Shown in pieces: positions 48,248-59,853 of a stretch of DNA of 64,000 nucleotides. Below the pieces are notes generated by a model that was not told the origin of the DNA, made no database searches, and saw nothing but the letters and a program-made list of their open reading frames with translations. This stretch comes from Camelus dromedarius (lineage: Eukaryota): the NCBI RefSeq assembly GCF_036321535.1, contig NC_087437.1:52826001-52890000 (forward strand), written 5' to 3'. The translations under genes were made by a program, and so were the position numbers. Within the stretch, counting starts at the first letter, position 1, and each line of letters opens with the position of its first letter.

Positions 48248-50179
48248 ATAGATATTTCTTAATCACTTACTTTGTGTTGGAGAGAAACCAGTGAGCAAAA
48301 CAGATGTGGTCCTGCCTTTATGGGGTCCTTCTCCACTATTGGGGAAGACAGTCAACTAATCTTTCAAATAAGTGAATAATTAAGACTTGTGAGAAGTGCT
48401 ATGAAGAAAAGATAATGTGAAAAAGTATATGATGGAAGACAAGAACATATCTAGGAAGGCCAGAAAATTAAAATTATTCCCTTATTTGCAAAATCAGTTG
48501 ATTGTCTTCCCCTGGGAAGATCTCAGAATTGAGATTAAAGTATGTGTGGAGGTTGAGCTGGTTGGAGGTTAGGAATGGGCTAGGATGCAGTGTAACATTT
48601 GAGGTCCAGGAAACAGTTTGTATCAAGGCTGGAGCAAGAGGGAGCAATGTACAGTTGAGACCCCAAAAGAAGGCCAGGGGAGCTGGAACATGTTAAAGAA
48701 GGCAGAGAATGGTGCAGGATGAAGCTGAAGAGACAGGCAAGGTTCATCTCATAAAGCTGAGTTGAGGGTTTTTGTTTTAACTCGAGAAATGACTATACAT
48801 ATTTTTTTGAGGAATAATTAACAAAAAAATAAACCCATCCCTTGCTATCACTTTCTGATCTCCATCACCATAGTTCATTATTTTTAAATTTTTTATTGAG
48901 TAGTATTCTGTTGTGTGGATACTACAACTTGTTTATCTGCTCTCCTGTGCATGGACATTTGGGTTGTATTGGTGGCTATTGTGAGTGAATCTTATATAAA
49001 TGTTCTTGCAGAGGTCTTTTTGTGAACACATTGATCTCTCTCTTGGGTAAATACAGAAGATTGAAATTGCTGGATCACAGAGTTAGATGTCTGTTTACTT
49101 TGATAAGAAATTGCAAAACAGTTTTCCAATGGTGTAAACTGCTTTACCATTTTATCCTCCCACCTTGCCAACATTTGATGTTATTAGTCTTAAATTTTAG
49201 GTATTCCAGTAGGTATCACTGAAAAACCTCAAGAAGAGGAATGACTTGTGCTTGAGAAAAAAAATCACTCTGACTACAATAAGGAGAAGGGGTGGGAGTG
49301 GGTAAGAGCATATTAAGACCTGTTAAGTGGTGATGGCAACAGTCCCAGTGAGAGATGATGGTAACTGGTTATGGTAGTGATGATAGAGATGGATTTGAGA
49401 AATTTACAAGATAAAATTTATAGGCATTGGCTGCTAATTGGGAATACTAGGAAGAGGCCAAATTATTATTTTTTGCTTATTTGATTCTGGGGGATGAAGC
49501 TCACTTGGCTTGGCTCTGGCTACATATTTGTGGTGCCTTAGTCTCCAGCAAAAGACTCCTTAAATATGTTATATTTATATATGTACTTTGATATAACATG
49601 CAGTAGGGTATTGTAGAAGCATATTTTGTGATATGGAAAGATGTTCAAAATAAATTGTTAAAAAACAAATTAGAAAAATATGTACAATACATAATATAAC
49701 CACATTTTTTCCATATAAATAACAGTATAGAGAAAAGCCATTTGAAAAGAGGTACAGTAAAGTGTTAACTGTGATCTCCACGTTGAGTTTTCAGAGTAGT
49801 TTTAAATTTGGGCTATGGCTTTTTCTGTTTTTCTACAAAGAACATATGCTAATTGTGTAATATGAAAAAAATCTATTTAAAAACACTTAACATTTCAAAA
49901 AGAGAAATTTAAGAGCACAAAACAAGAATAGAGTCCCATAGGGATGGGAAAGGTGTTGGTAACAGCATCCTCATCTCTCCTCTTTTATCCTCAAGTGGCT
50001 TACCCCCATACCTTCTGGGCAGGATACCTGATTGGGATTCCTAAGCCTCTTTCAGATTTTGAGAGTCTGAGAATGGAAAGGTTTAGTGAGAAAGGCTGGG
50101 CTGAACTCAAACCCAGGATTTTGGAATCCATGGAGCCTTCTTTGATCCCTGCCCCTAACTGAGTGCAAACTCAAACCTC

Positions 50180-51495
50180 CTTTGGATTCCAGTAGTATTG
50201 ACCAGTTATATCTATTATCTCTCTCACTCCATGGAAATGGCTTGTGCAAGTAACCCATGACCTCCGTGTTGCTAACTCAGTCCCTGTCCTTACCCTACTT
50301 CACACATCAGAAGCATCTGCCAGCCATGATCTCCTGTCTCCTAGAAATACCCTCCTGGTTATGCCTACTTCACCAGCTGCTCTTTTGCAATCTCCTCTGG
50401 TGGTTCTTCATCTCCCCAACCTCTTAACTTTGAAGTGCCTCAGGGCCTAGTCCTGGGAACCTTTTTTTTCTATCTCAATTTATTTCCTTTGTGATCTCAT
50501 CCAGTCTCAGCTTTAAATACTCTCTTACACACTGATGACTCCTAATTTCTCCCTCCAGCCTGGATCTCTCCCCTAAACTCCAGACTTGGATATGCAAATC
50601 GACTTTCCCACTTGTATTTCTAATAGGAATCTCAAACTTAATATGGCCAAAACAGAATGCCTCTTCTCCCCTACTCCCACCCTCCATTTTTCCTCCTCAG
50701 GCTTTTCTATCTCAGTAAACGGCAACCTCATGCTTCTTTGTGTTCGGGCCCAAAACCTGGAAGTCATAATTGACTCCTTTCTTTCTCTGAATAGAGATTA
50801 TGACTTCCTTGTGCTCTGGTCCAGACCACCATCTCCCCTCACCTCGATTACTGCAACAGCCTACTCCTTGGTCTTGCTTCCTTTCTTACTCCCCTACAGT
50901 CAATTTCAACTCAGCAGCCAATAATCCTTTAAAATATAAGTCAGATTATGTGACTTCTCTCCTCAAAACCTCTAGCAGATAAACATTAACAGAGCAAATG
51001 CCAGAATCCTCAAAAACCCTACAGGGCCCTGGATGACACAACCCCAGTTACTTTTCTGACTTTATCTCTTATCTGTGCCCTGTCTTGGTCTCTCTGATCC
51101 AGCATCACAATCCTTGCTATCCCATAGGTAGTCCAAGAACATTCAAAGTTTCAGGGCCTTTCTCTTCCCTCTGCTTACGTGCTTTTCCTTCAGATGTCCA
51201 TGTGGCTACTTCTTTATTTATTGTCAAGTCTTTGATCAACTTTGAGGTCTTCCTCCCTATTTAAAATTGCAAACTCCCCACCCCCACCATTCATCTTATC
51301 CCTTCCCTGCTTGGTTTTTCTCCGTAGTATTTAACATGATCTAATGAATACTATTATTTATTTGTGTCATTTGCTTTTTGCCCCTTTCCTCAGATGTAAG
51401 ATCCTTGAGAGCACAGATTTATATCTATTTCTTCCCCTCTTCTAATCCTAGAGCAAGACCTCGCATAGAATAGGCACTACTTACTGGATGAGTAA
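50180..51495 (+). mobile_element. LINE-2 fragment (ORF2 3' part and 3' end)
   Basis: ATCTCATCCAGTCTCAGCTTTAAATAC...CTGATGACTCC...TCTCAAACTTAATATGGCCAAAACAGAA...ATAAGTCAGATTATGTGACTTCTCTCCTCAAAACC. Confidence 0.8.
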
Positions 51496-53534
51496 TACTC
51501 AGGATGCTATGAATTGTATTCTAGTTTCATGTAGACAAATGTTTCCTCCACCAGCCTGTGAGCTGCTTAAGCGGAAGGTGGGTTTCACTGTGGGATCCCT
51601 TCTTCCTCTCCCTGTCCACCCTCCGCCCCCAGTTAAAGTGTCTATCCCGGTGTCTCACACACAATAGATAATTGATATATGTTTGTTAGTGGTATGATAG
51701 AAGCAAAGAATCACCCACCATAAGTATGGAGACAAGGAAATAGGTCATGGGGAAGAGCTCCGCTTGTGTTAAAGATGGGTGAAGCAAACACCACGATGCC
51801 TGCTCCAGGTCTCCTCTGCGCCCCTGGTTACTGCATCTGCCAGCTGTCCCCAGCACACTGATACCTACGCTGCTTCTCTTCCTGGTAGGAAGTACACTGA
51901 AGGGTTGGCATCCCTGGGGATAACCCTCTACCAGTAGGAATAGGAGTTGGCAGATAAATGCCCCAGCCTCCTCAGTCTCTGGTCAATGTGGTCAGAATAA
52001 GATGCCAGTAGTGTTGAAGTAAGAGCTGGTGAATAAACACTTAAGAGGTCATGAACAGGGATTTATTTGAAAATGCCATTCTAAATCTTTATTTTCAGCA
52101 CCCGTCAGTGCGTGGCATCTAGTAGGTATTTAATGGATGCTTAGGGAATGAACAAATATATACCTTTCATAGTGGGAATGAGCAATCTTTAGAGTTTGCT
52201 TATAGGTGAGAATGATGTTTGTAATGGTTAAATCTGCCCCCCCCCCCACACCCCACACATACACACCCTTAGAATTCCCAAAGAACTCCTTTCTCCTTTT
52301 CCTCCTAAGAGATTTGGGAAGTAACATTTCAGTGCCCTCACTGACGTAGGCGGTTAGGCCAGGATGGCCCTATGAGATTATCTAGTCAGATCCAATCAAC
52401 CCCCAAGCTGGGGCCAGAACCCCATTGTTCCGCCTCCCAGTGTCTAGTCATCTTTCCACAGTAGCCACTGAGAACATTCCAAGAAAGTAATTTTGGAGGC
52501 TAACAGCCATGAATATTTTCAGATTCAATTTCAACCAAGTGTTACCATTTAGGAAAGCCTGCCAAAAAGATAATGTGGATGAAAATGTACTGTGTAAACT
52601 GTAAAGTGCTATCCAAAGGTTAGCTGAGGTCTACTGCCAAGGTCAACAAGGCCTGGGTATAGAGCCAATTCTTAAACTGGAGGAGCTAAGGAAGGGCTGG
52701 TCATTCAAGGGGCCCCTTCTGAATGGGACTCTGGTGTATTTGCTGGGATCAGAAGGACACAGCGGCTTTTCTGTGTTCTTCTTTCACCCCACCCCCTATT
52801 TTAAGTACAATACACTCATGCTGAACAAAATCAGTGCTTACATTATACATGTGTTAAAACTGATGATTTCCTGGCATTTTTCCCTTTTGCTTGTGTTTTC
52901 AAAGCCACACACTAAGCTCCAGCCACCTGTACCCCTGGGCAATGGACTGTCTCTCCAAGGTTTCCAACTGTCTGTGTACGTGAGTGTTTTTCTTCCACAT
53001 TAGTTTACATGTGTCCCAGCTGCACTAGAATTTAGATTCTGCACATACTCTGGCTCTCAAAACCACATTCTTCTGCCATCACACTACCTCTTTGTCATCT
53101 AACAACTGAACAGGCATTGTTCCTGGGCTTGGCTCAGGAAAGGGGACCTCGATGAAGAGTAAACTTCACATTTTCTGGGCTTCCTTATCCTAGCGCCCAA
53201 CAGGAGAAGGGCTGCCCAGTGTTTAGTGACCTCTGCTTTGGGTTAACGATCTGGATCTGGGCCCAGGGGAATAAGGAGCCTGTGAATAAGGGGAGCTGAT
53301 TGTCAACGCCTTATCGTGGAGACGCTGAGAGGCAGAGCTCGCTTTGTCCTGGCTCCCTTGCCTTCTCCCCAGCCTCTTTGAATCTGTAGAAGCCGGTGGG
53401 GTTAGGTGGCAGACATTCATTCCTCACAAGCTCCTATTCAAGCGCTGTGCACCGACTCAGGCTCAGATGTTTCTACACTTAGGGCTTGTAAAACAGTGAA
53501 AGAAAGATAGCTGATAAACTTACAGAAAGCCTTC

Positions 53535-54230
53535 TGTTACAGGCTTGAAAAAAAGGATTGACTTATTTTTCTACTGAAACAGGAGTCTTGAAAAGCCCAA
53601 ATTAAGGTGCAGAAAAAGGATGAAATAAGAACACTAAAAGGCCTATGCATACAGCTCTGCAAGCTATTTTCTCCCACACTTTCCCCAAGTGATACATATA
53701 CACCTGAAATCGTGGGTTAAATCCAATTCACCTACCTTCACTGTCAAGGTCGTTTGAAGACTCGCACGTCCTCCAAGCAGCACAGGACCAAACAACGTAT
53801 TTGACTGATAGTGTCCAGGAACTTGGAGTCAGCTGTGTCTTGCTGGAGCGGAGCTGGTTAAGACTAGATGGGACCACAGACCCTCCAGCTGGTTTTGCAT
53901 AGTGACCTCCTGACGTCGGAGGGCTGAAAACTCCACTCTCAGAGCATGCAGAGGCCTGTAGCCTAGTTAAGCCTGCGCAGAACCGGGATTCCCGCACCGT
54001 TTTCCAATCACCATTCCCCACGCCCCCAAAGCCCTGCCAAGCCTCAGACCCCTGCGTCTTTACTCCTTATCCCATAAGTACCCCCACCTCTTGCCTTGGG
54101 GAGGCGGTTTTGAGGTTTTCGTCATTTCTTTGCTGGGCTGTCTTGCGAACAAGTCTTTTTGCTGCAAACCTTGGCGTCTCAGCATTTTGGCTTGCCGAGT
54201 GTCAGGCAAAATGAACCTGGTTCAATAACA
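53535..54230 (+). mobile_element. ERV1-type solo LTR A (5' boundary uncertain)
   Basis: CpG-containing U3, CCAAT 54004-54008, TATA-like CATAAG 54073-54078, U5 ending GAACCTGGTTCAATAACA. Candidate start TGTTAC at 53535; no TSD resolved. Confidence 0.7.
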
Positions 54231-54332
54231 TCATTCAAACTTGGAAAAAAGGTTTTTATTGCTGGATGGCTGGGAGGGGAACAGCCAAAACCTTCCTAAG
54301 TTTCTGTTTTTGACGGAATGGCTATAAGTAAA

Positions 54333-54522
54333 GCTTTTACCTGTTAAGGTCAAAACCTGTTAGGAAAACTAGGAAGTGGGTGAAATTCTTACCTCAAAGC
54401 CAAAAGTTGTTGGGGTGAGGGAAATGAGGAAATGGGAAATTTTTACCTCAAAGTCGAAACTTGTGGGGGAAACGGGAAATTTTTACCCCGAAGTCAAAAC
54501 TTATTGGGGAAAACAAGGAAAT
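54333..54522. repeat. Degenerate tandem repeat, about 40-54 bp period, 3-4 copies
   Basis: Unit GAAATTTTTACCTCAAAGTCGAAACTTGTGGGGGAAACGG starting at 54382, 54436 and 54476, with a more diverged copy at about 54333. Confidence 0.85.
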
Positions 54523-54869
54523 CAGTGGTCCTCTTAATTACTGCTTTTCCAAGTATCCATTAAAGGGGCTGAGCTAGACTCATCCTGGAACTAGATGTCC
54601 TAGCTTAGTGATCTTTCCATACAACCAGGGCCCAAGTGTGACCTCTGTTTTAAAGTTGCTAAGAGTTGGCACGTAGGTGGGCTCAAGAGGATGGGTGGTG
54701 GTGTCAGCTCACCACTGGTTGGGAAAACCTCTCTGCCTTTCTACTCATCTGGAATAAATCTTTAGCTAGGGTTTAAGAGGTGAGGTCAGAGCAGCTGCAC
54801 ACTCACATAAAGATTCAACTCCACAGTCTGCTGGTGAGGCTAAACAGCTGAGAGAGGAAGGGAACGCCA

Positions 54870-55330
54870 TGTTACTGAAGGCAAGTTCGTGTGCCCGCCG
54901 CACCATGAGGCTAAACAAATGTTGGAGTTTGGTTCTGCAATAAATCTTTCTCTGCTCCAAGCAAGGAGGACGACAGGGTGGCTCAAGCCCAAGGAGATCC
55001 CGAACTCCCTGAAGGGTTTCAGTAAAGCATATTTAAAGGCCAGGTGAGGGAGGGAGTTGCAGGGTACATGATCTGCTCATGCACAGTTCTCTGGTTGATG
55101 CTGAGGGAACAAGGTGGTCAAAACTATCAAACCCTAGGCGCCAGAAGGTCTGGAGGCCAAGTGCTCTCGATCGTCAAGTAACTTCTTCCCATTGGTGGTG
55201 GCTTTTAGCATCTGAAACTCAGGAAATATACTTGAAATACTATTATCTGGGTCCTTCAGAGGAGCTACAGCAGAGGATATAGGGGAGGGGTTTGACCCTG
55301 GAAGGCTCCACAGGGTCCTGCTCGGTTACA
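54870..55330 (-). mobile_element. ERV1-type solo LTR B (461 bp)
   Basis: Minus strand starts TGTAACCGAGCAGGACCCTGTGG and ends CACGAACTTGCCTTCAGTAACA (TG...CA termini); flanked by GCCA/ACCA (4-bp TSD, one mismatch). Confidence 0.85.
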
Positions 55331-55399
55331 ACCAGGTGGCTCCTGCTTGCTTTAAAATTAGACCACTGAGGGCAAGAAAGAGGCAGATTTCAGTCACTT

Positions 55400-57656
55400 G
55401 GTAAACCGAAAGCAAACTTCTTTATTGTACACAGTACAGAATATAACGCAGCTTGGCAGGATGCATACGGCCCTGCGCAGGGGAAAGTATTTCAAATCAA
55501 CTGGCAGGTTAAAGCCTTTCTGCACTGTAGACTTTCCACGCTCTGGAAAAAAGCCAAAACAAAATAAAAAACCCAAAACCATCAGGGAGGTGCGTGGGTC
55601 TGATGGGAATGCAACGGTGATGCCGCCAGCCTCTGTCCTGTGACAGCACAGGCCACGTGGCCTCAGCGGGGGAGGGGAGCTCAGGCTACAGAGGAGTCTC
55701 TTGTACTTGCTAAGACAGCAGAAATCCATCCAAAAAACCCAACAGAACCCGAACCCGGATAAGTAAAGAAAAGAAAAACAAATCCTATACAGCATTTACA
55801 ACAAATAAATCTCTAGCCAGCAGGGGGTAAAATATGCATCTATGTATAGACTATGTGTAGGTTAGAAAGCTATAAATACGGTTTGGAAAGAGTCCTTTGA
55901 TTAGAATACAGTGCTAATCAAGGCCCAAGCTAAAGGTTCAATACCTTTGTGGGCTAATTAGCTTCCAAGAGAGGAAAATTTTGTTTCCATAGCTATAAAA
56001 TGCACCCCTTATCTCTGTGACCCTCTTCACAAATGTGATCCTGGTCACCAGGGGGACTGTTTGAGACTACAGAGCGTTCCATCAACAGAAAAGCATTTCA
56101 AAGCACGAGTCCTACCCTCACCTGTTCAGCACTGTCCTTCGAGTATGAAGAATAGCACAGTAATTTTTTATGTACTGAGTGTTAAGGGAAGCCCAGAACT
56201 CTCAGCAGAGCAGGCAGCAAGGTGCTACCACTTTCTAGTATCTTTTCCTCTACTTTGAGCTTAACTTTCATGTAGCTTTAGCCATGTTGTTTAAAACTCT
56301 TCCAATATAACAGCAATCAGAAAAAAACTTTTTAAAAAAAATGGCAGGAAACTAAGATGCTAGTACTGTTTTACCTGTCAGTGTCCCATGTTTAAGTCTC
56401 AAACCCTATTGAATCATATGCAGGGTTTAAAGTCCGAGAATTAAAGAAAAAGGAAAACAAAAACTGAAATGGAAGTTGTCATCAGTCATACCCAGAGAAG
56501 AATCCCTAGGGTTTCCACCAGGTGACCAGGTTTCAAATGGACATGATGTGTATTATGTACATATGCTTCCCAGAGAGGGCATGTGAGGGAACATGGGGGA
56601 CTATACACATAGAATCTAAATGGTGTGTCCAGGCTACCCTGCACACCTCAAAAATGTACAACTCAGGTGCAAATGTTCCATCAGGCTGTCTGGTGCAGAA
56701 AGCACAAAGCAGGCAATAAAGAGGGCTTGCACTTGGCTAAGGGGGCGCCCCCAGCAAAGCCCCTTTCAAGCTGCAGCGTCTTCATAAGTCGGCACTGCCC
56801 TGTTTAAAGGATGCAGTGTAGAGTTACCAAAAGGTTTTTTGCTTTAAATACCAAAACTACAAAAATCAGTTTATAAACTGTTTTTTCCAAAACAACCACC
56901 AAAACAAAACAATCCCCCGAATCAAAGCAAAACAAAAATACTGTCAAAAGTGTTAATTACCCTGCTCCTAAAATTAAAGCCATCCACACACAGCCATATG
57001 ACTGGGAAGAGAAAGGGAGCTTGCTCTGTTTGGTGACCACGTGGCCAGAAGGTTCCCAAGAGTAGCAATGGTTTGAGAACCACAGAGTGGGTAACAGCTG
57101 TTCATACTCTTCCCCCTTTTTTCCTAGACCAAGGGGAACCGTTTCAGATTGAGCTCGAAGAGCTCTCTGAATTTTGATTTGTAACCCTTCATGGTTTGAG
57201 CCTCCCCAGCTTAGCCTATCTCTTGTTCTATGGATTTGAGATTTTTCAATAAATTGTGCAAATCGGAGCCCTTCTAGGTAAAGTCATTTAGTAGTCTGTG
57301 ATCCATGCAGATTGTCTCACACTCTGTCCTGGCTTGTGGGTATCACCCTGAACAAGGTATTGCTTTGCTGTATTGTCCATGGGAAGGAGGCTCCATTTCA
57401 ATCTCCTCCCAGAAACCTTGTCAGGATCAGAGCTGAGGCACCAGACTTTTGGTGGTTTTTCTGCCTCTCCCTGTTCCCACTCCTCAGCCAAGGTACCTGG
57501 CTTGAAGGGTGCCAATCCGGAGACAGCTTGGGTGCTCCAGATAATAGTCAAAGGGCAAGCTTTAGGAACAGCCAAAAACACAAACAAAACCACTGCCCTC
57601 GTTTGCCTGAATGGGAACTGCTAGCTCTAGGGTTGGCCGCTCAGCCGCTCAGAAAC
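55400..57656 (-). other. ETV5: ETV5 3'UTR (about 2.25 kb; 3' end approximate)
   Basis: Sequence without recognisable repeats between the stop codon and the AATAAA at 55426-55421 (minus strand), with U-rich tracts and miRNA seed matches. Confidence 0.85.
55421..55426 (-). terminator. ETV5 poly(A) signal AATAAA
   Basis: TTTATT on the + strand, immediately preceded on the transcript strand by TGTA (CFIm-type motif); transposon-derived DNA begins about 90 bp further downstream. Confidence 0.8.
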
Positions 57657-57878
57657 TTAGTAAGCAAAGCCTTCGGCATAGGGGAGGCTGCTGCAGCGGT
57701 CCACGTCCAGGAGGTAAGCTGGGTTGTCTTCAAAGTGGGTCAGTGGCAGGGTATCCTCCTCGCTGAGGTGGCACTCGGACTCCGCTTTCAGGAACGGACG
57801 CTGGTTGTCAGGGAAGGCCATGGAGAAAAGCGCATCAGGGTCACAGACAAACTTGTAGACATACCGCTCCCCAGCCAC
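57657..57878 (-). CDS. ETV5: ETV5 last coding exon
   Basis: CAG acceptor 57881-57879. Translates to VAGERYVYKFVCDPDALFSMAFPDNQRPFLKAESECHLSEEDTLPLTHFEDNPAYLLDVDRCSSLPYAEGFAY-stop. The C-terminus is that of ETV5 (ERM), not ETV1 or ETV4. Upstream exons lie beyond the window. Confidence 0.97.
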   Translation of the reverse strand: MAGERYVYKFVCDPDALFSMAFPDNQRPFLKAESECHLSEEDTLPLTHFEDNPAYLLDVDRCSSLPYAEGFAY

Positions 57879-59699
57879 CTGAGAGAGAAAACACACCTCA
57901 GCAGAAGGCTCACCGGGCCACCTGAGAGAGCACACACCTTACAGGGCCCAGTTGGAACAGGGAGGGGCCGGGGCACCAAGGGAGGAAAAATGAGATATCT
58001 GTAAGTCATCAAGCTCTCGGGAAGCCTCAAAAGCGGCTCAGTGGTAGCTGATTATCCAAATCGCTCAGATTTATTTTGATAAGTCGTGGGGACCTGCCAA
58101 GTGTTTTGTTGACACCACAGCTCAGCAGCTGAAAAAAAATCTGCATTTCAAAGTTATACTAGAAAGGTTCTTCTAACAGAAAATCCTCACTGTGCTATAC
58201 TCGCAGCTTAGAATGGTTACGCTGAGGCTGGTGCCTGGTGTTACAAGAAGGCACAAGGATTGTACAGGAATTGGACCATGTGTTTGGTTACCTCCAAAGC
58301 TGACAGTCTTCACAGCACAGCTTTGTTAGTTTGAGGGGCCAGGAATTCAATCAGAGCTATGTGGAAATTTCAAGTTTGTTCCAAAGCCAAACAGAATTGC
58401 TTTTTGGCTTACCTGCAGTTTTAAATTCCTCATTCCATGGTTCTGCTAGACTGAAAAAACTGATAACTACCTTTGTGTGGGTTTTATGCATTATATTACT
58501 AGAACTGAATGGTCTTGATCATTCAGAAGCTTCACAGAGTTGATGAGCCATCTAGGTCGATGGGGTCACCCCTTGTCTGCTGGGTGTTTTAGCATCAGCA
58601 CAAGGGGACACAGATCACTGGAAATCAAACCCAAGAATCGGTTTCACTCAGGTAACACAAAGGGGCAAGGGAAAGCAGCTAAAACACTGACATTTTAGAC
58701 TCAAATTCAAAATCTTGAGTTTAATCCTGCCCTTCAGTCATTCTGCTGTGATTCTAAAATCTTTTAGTTGCAGAAATATGGGTTTGTTTTCGGTCTTGGG
58801 TTTAAAAAGTATGTTGCTATGCAGCAGGTTATAGAGGTAACAGCACAATTATCCAAATATGCCTTAAACATGACTTTATGGGGACTACGTCTAGTCAGAG
58901 TGTGGGCATCTGCACCACCGTTCCTCGGAATTCAAACACCAGGAATCAGGGGCTGTGTGTGTGTGAAATTGGACGATCAGCAACTTCACCAGTAAGCTAA
59001 GTCTTAAGGATGGATGTATATAATCAAGTCACCCCTATTCATTTTTTTTCAAAGCCAGTTTTATGTTAAATCTCTGGTTCCCCACCCCAAGCCTGAGTTC
59101 ATGAAGTGGAGGAGCAAGGCAGGAAGACATAGTGGAAATACTAGATCAGAAGCTAGGAGGGGATGGCTTCCAGTCCTGGTTCAGTGCCTCACAAGTCTTA
59201 ACCTCTATGAACCTCAATTTCTCTTTCAAAAACTGGACGGTAGGGACTACAGCTTTCCTAAGTCCCTCCCCACACTGACATGCTACCACTCCTTCTACTT
59301 AGTTCTCATTTACTCATGAGGCATATAATAAGCGTTACAATGATCCCTTACATTGGCTAGCACATTACTGTTTCTAAAACATTTTCACATATATTACCCT
59401 TTGAGATTAGAGATTACGATCGACATTTTTATTGGAAATGTTAGGCTGACTTTCTCTAAAGCATAAATAAGTGGGAGTGTTAGGATCTGAACCCACTCAA
59501 GCCTCATTCCTGTGCCTTCCTGTTTTGTTCTCAGAGTTTTCCTCTACCTCCTTAGAAAACCTAGGAACTAGTCATAGGGACAACTCACTGCCATCCGTTC
59601 AAGTTAACTGGTTACATTCCCTCGGATATGGAGCTGGGAACAGCAAAGGAATAACAGCCCTCCTTCCTGAATTTAGGATTCCACCTGATAATGTTAACA

Positions 59700-59853
59700 C
59701 TGACAGGGGAGAGTGGTTGTATGAAGTTTCGGGGGGAAGTGACTGGTAATGGGTTCAGGGTTTCTTTTTTGGGGTGAAAAATTCTAAAGTGGTAGTGGCT
59801 GTACTATTGTCAACATATTAAAAACCACTGAATTGTACTCTTAAAAAAAAAAA
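59700..59853 (+). mobile_element. L1M 3' end fragment in the ETV5 last intron
   Basis: AATGGGTTCAGGGTTTCTTTTTTGGGGTGA...AAAAACCACTGAATTGTACTCTTAAAA. Confidence 0.75.

Noticed and set aside
54333..54522. Repeat with variable linkers, superficially CRISPR-like
   Set aside because: Eukaryotic context, degenerate units, linkers short and related to each other, and no cas genes.
53535..55330. The two LTRs as the ends of one provirus
   Set aside because: They are in opposite orientations and differ in sequence, and the 640 bp between them shows no PBS or gag/pol/env remnants.
55815..56750. CTCF-like motifs in the ETV5 3'UTR (CCAGCAGGGGGTAA, TCACCAGGGGGACT, GCTAAGGGGGCGC)
   Set aside because: Each misses key consensus positions and cannot be supported without ChIP data.
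57879..57935. N-terminal extension MCSLRWPGEPSAEVCFLSQ of the ETV5 ORF
   Set aside because: Intronic read-through; the polypyrimidine tract and CAG acceptor define the exon start at 57878.
57312..58004. 230-aa + strand ORF, the longest in the track
   Set aside because: Antisense shadow of the ETV5 last exon and UTR; non-ATG start and no recognisable protein family.
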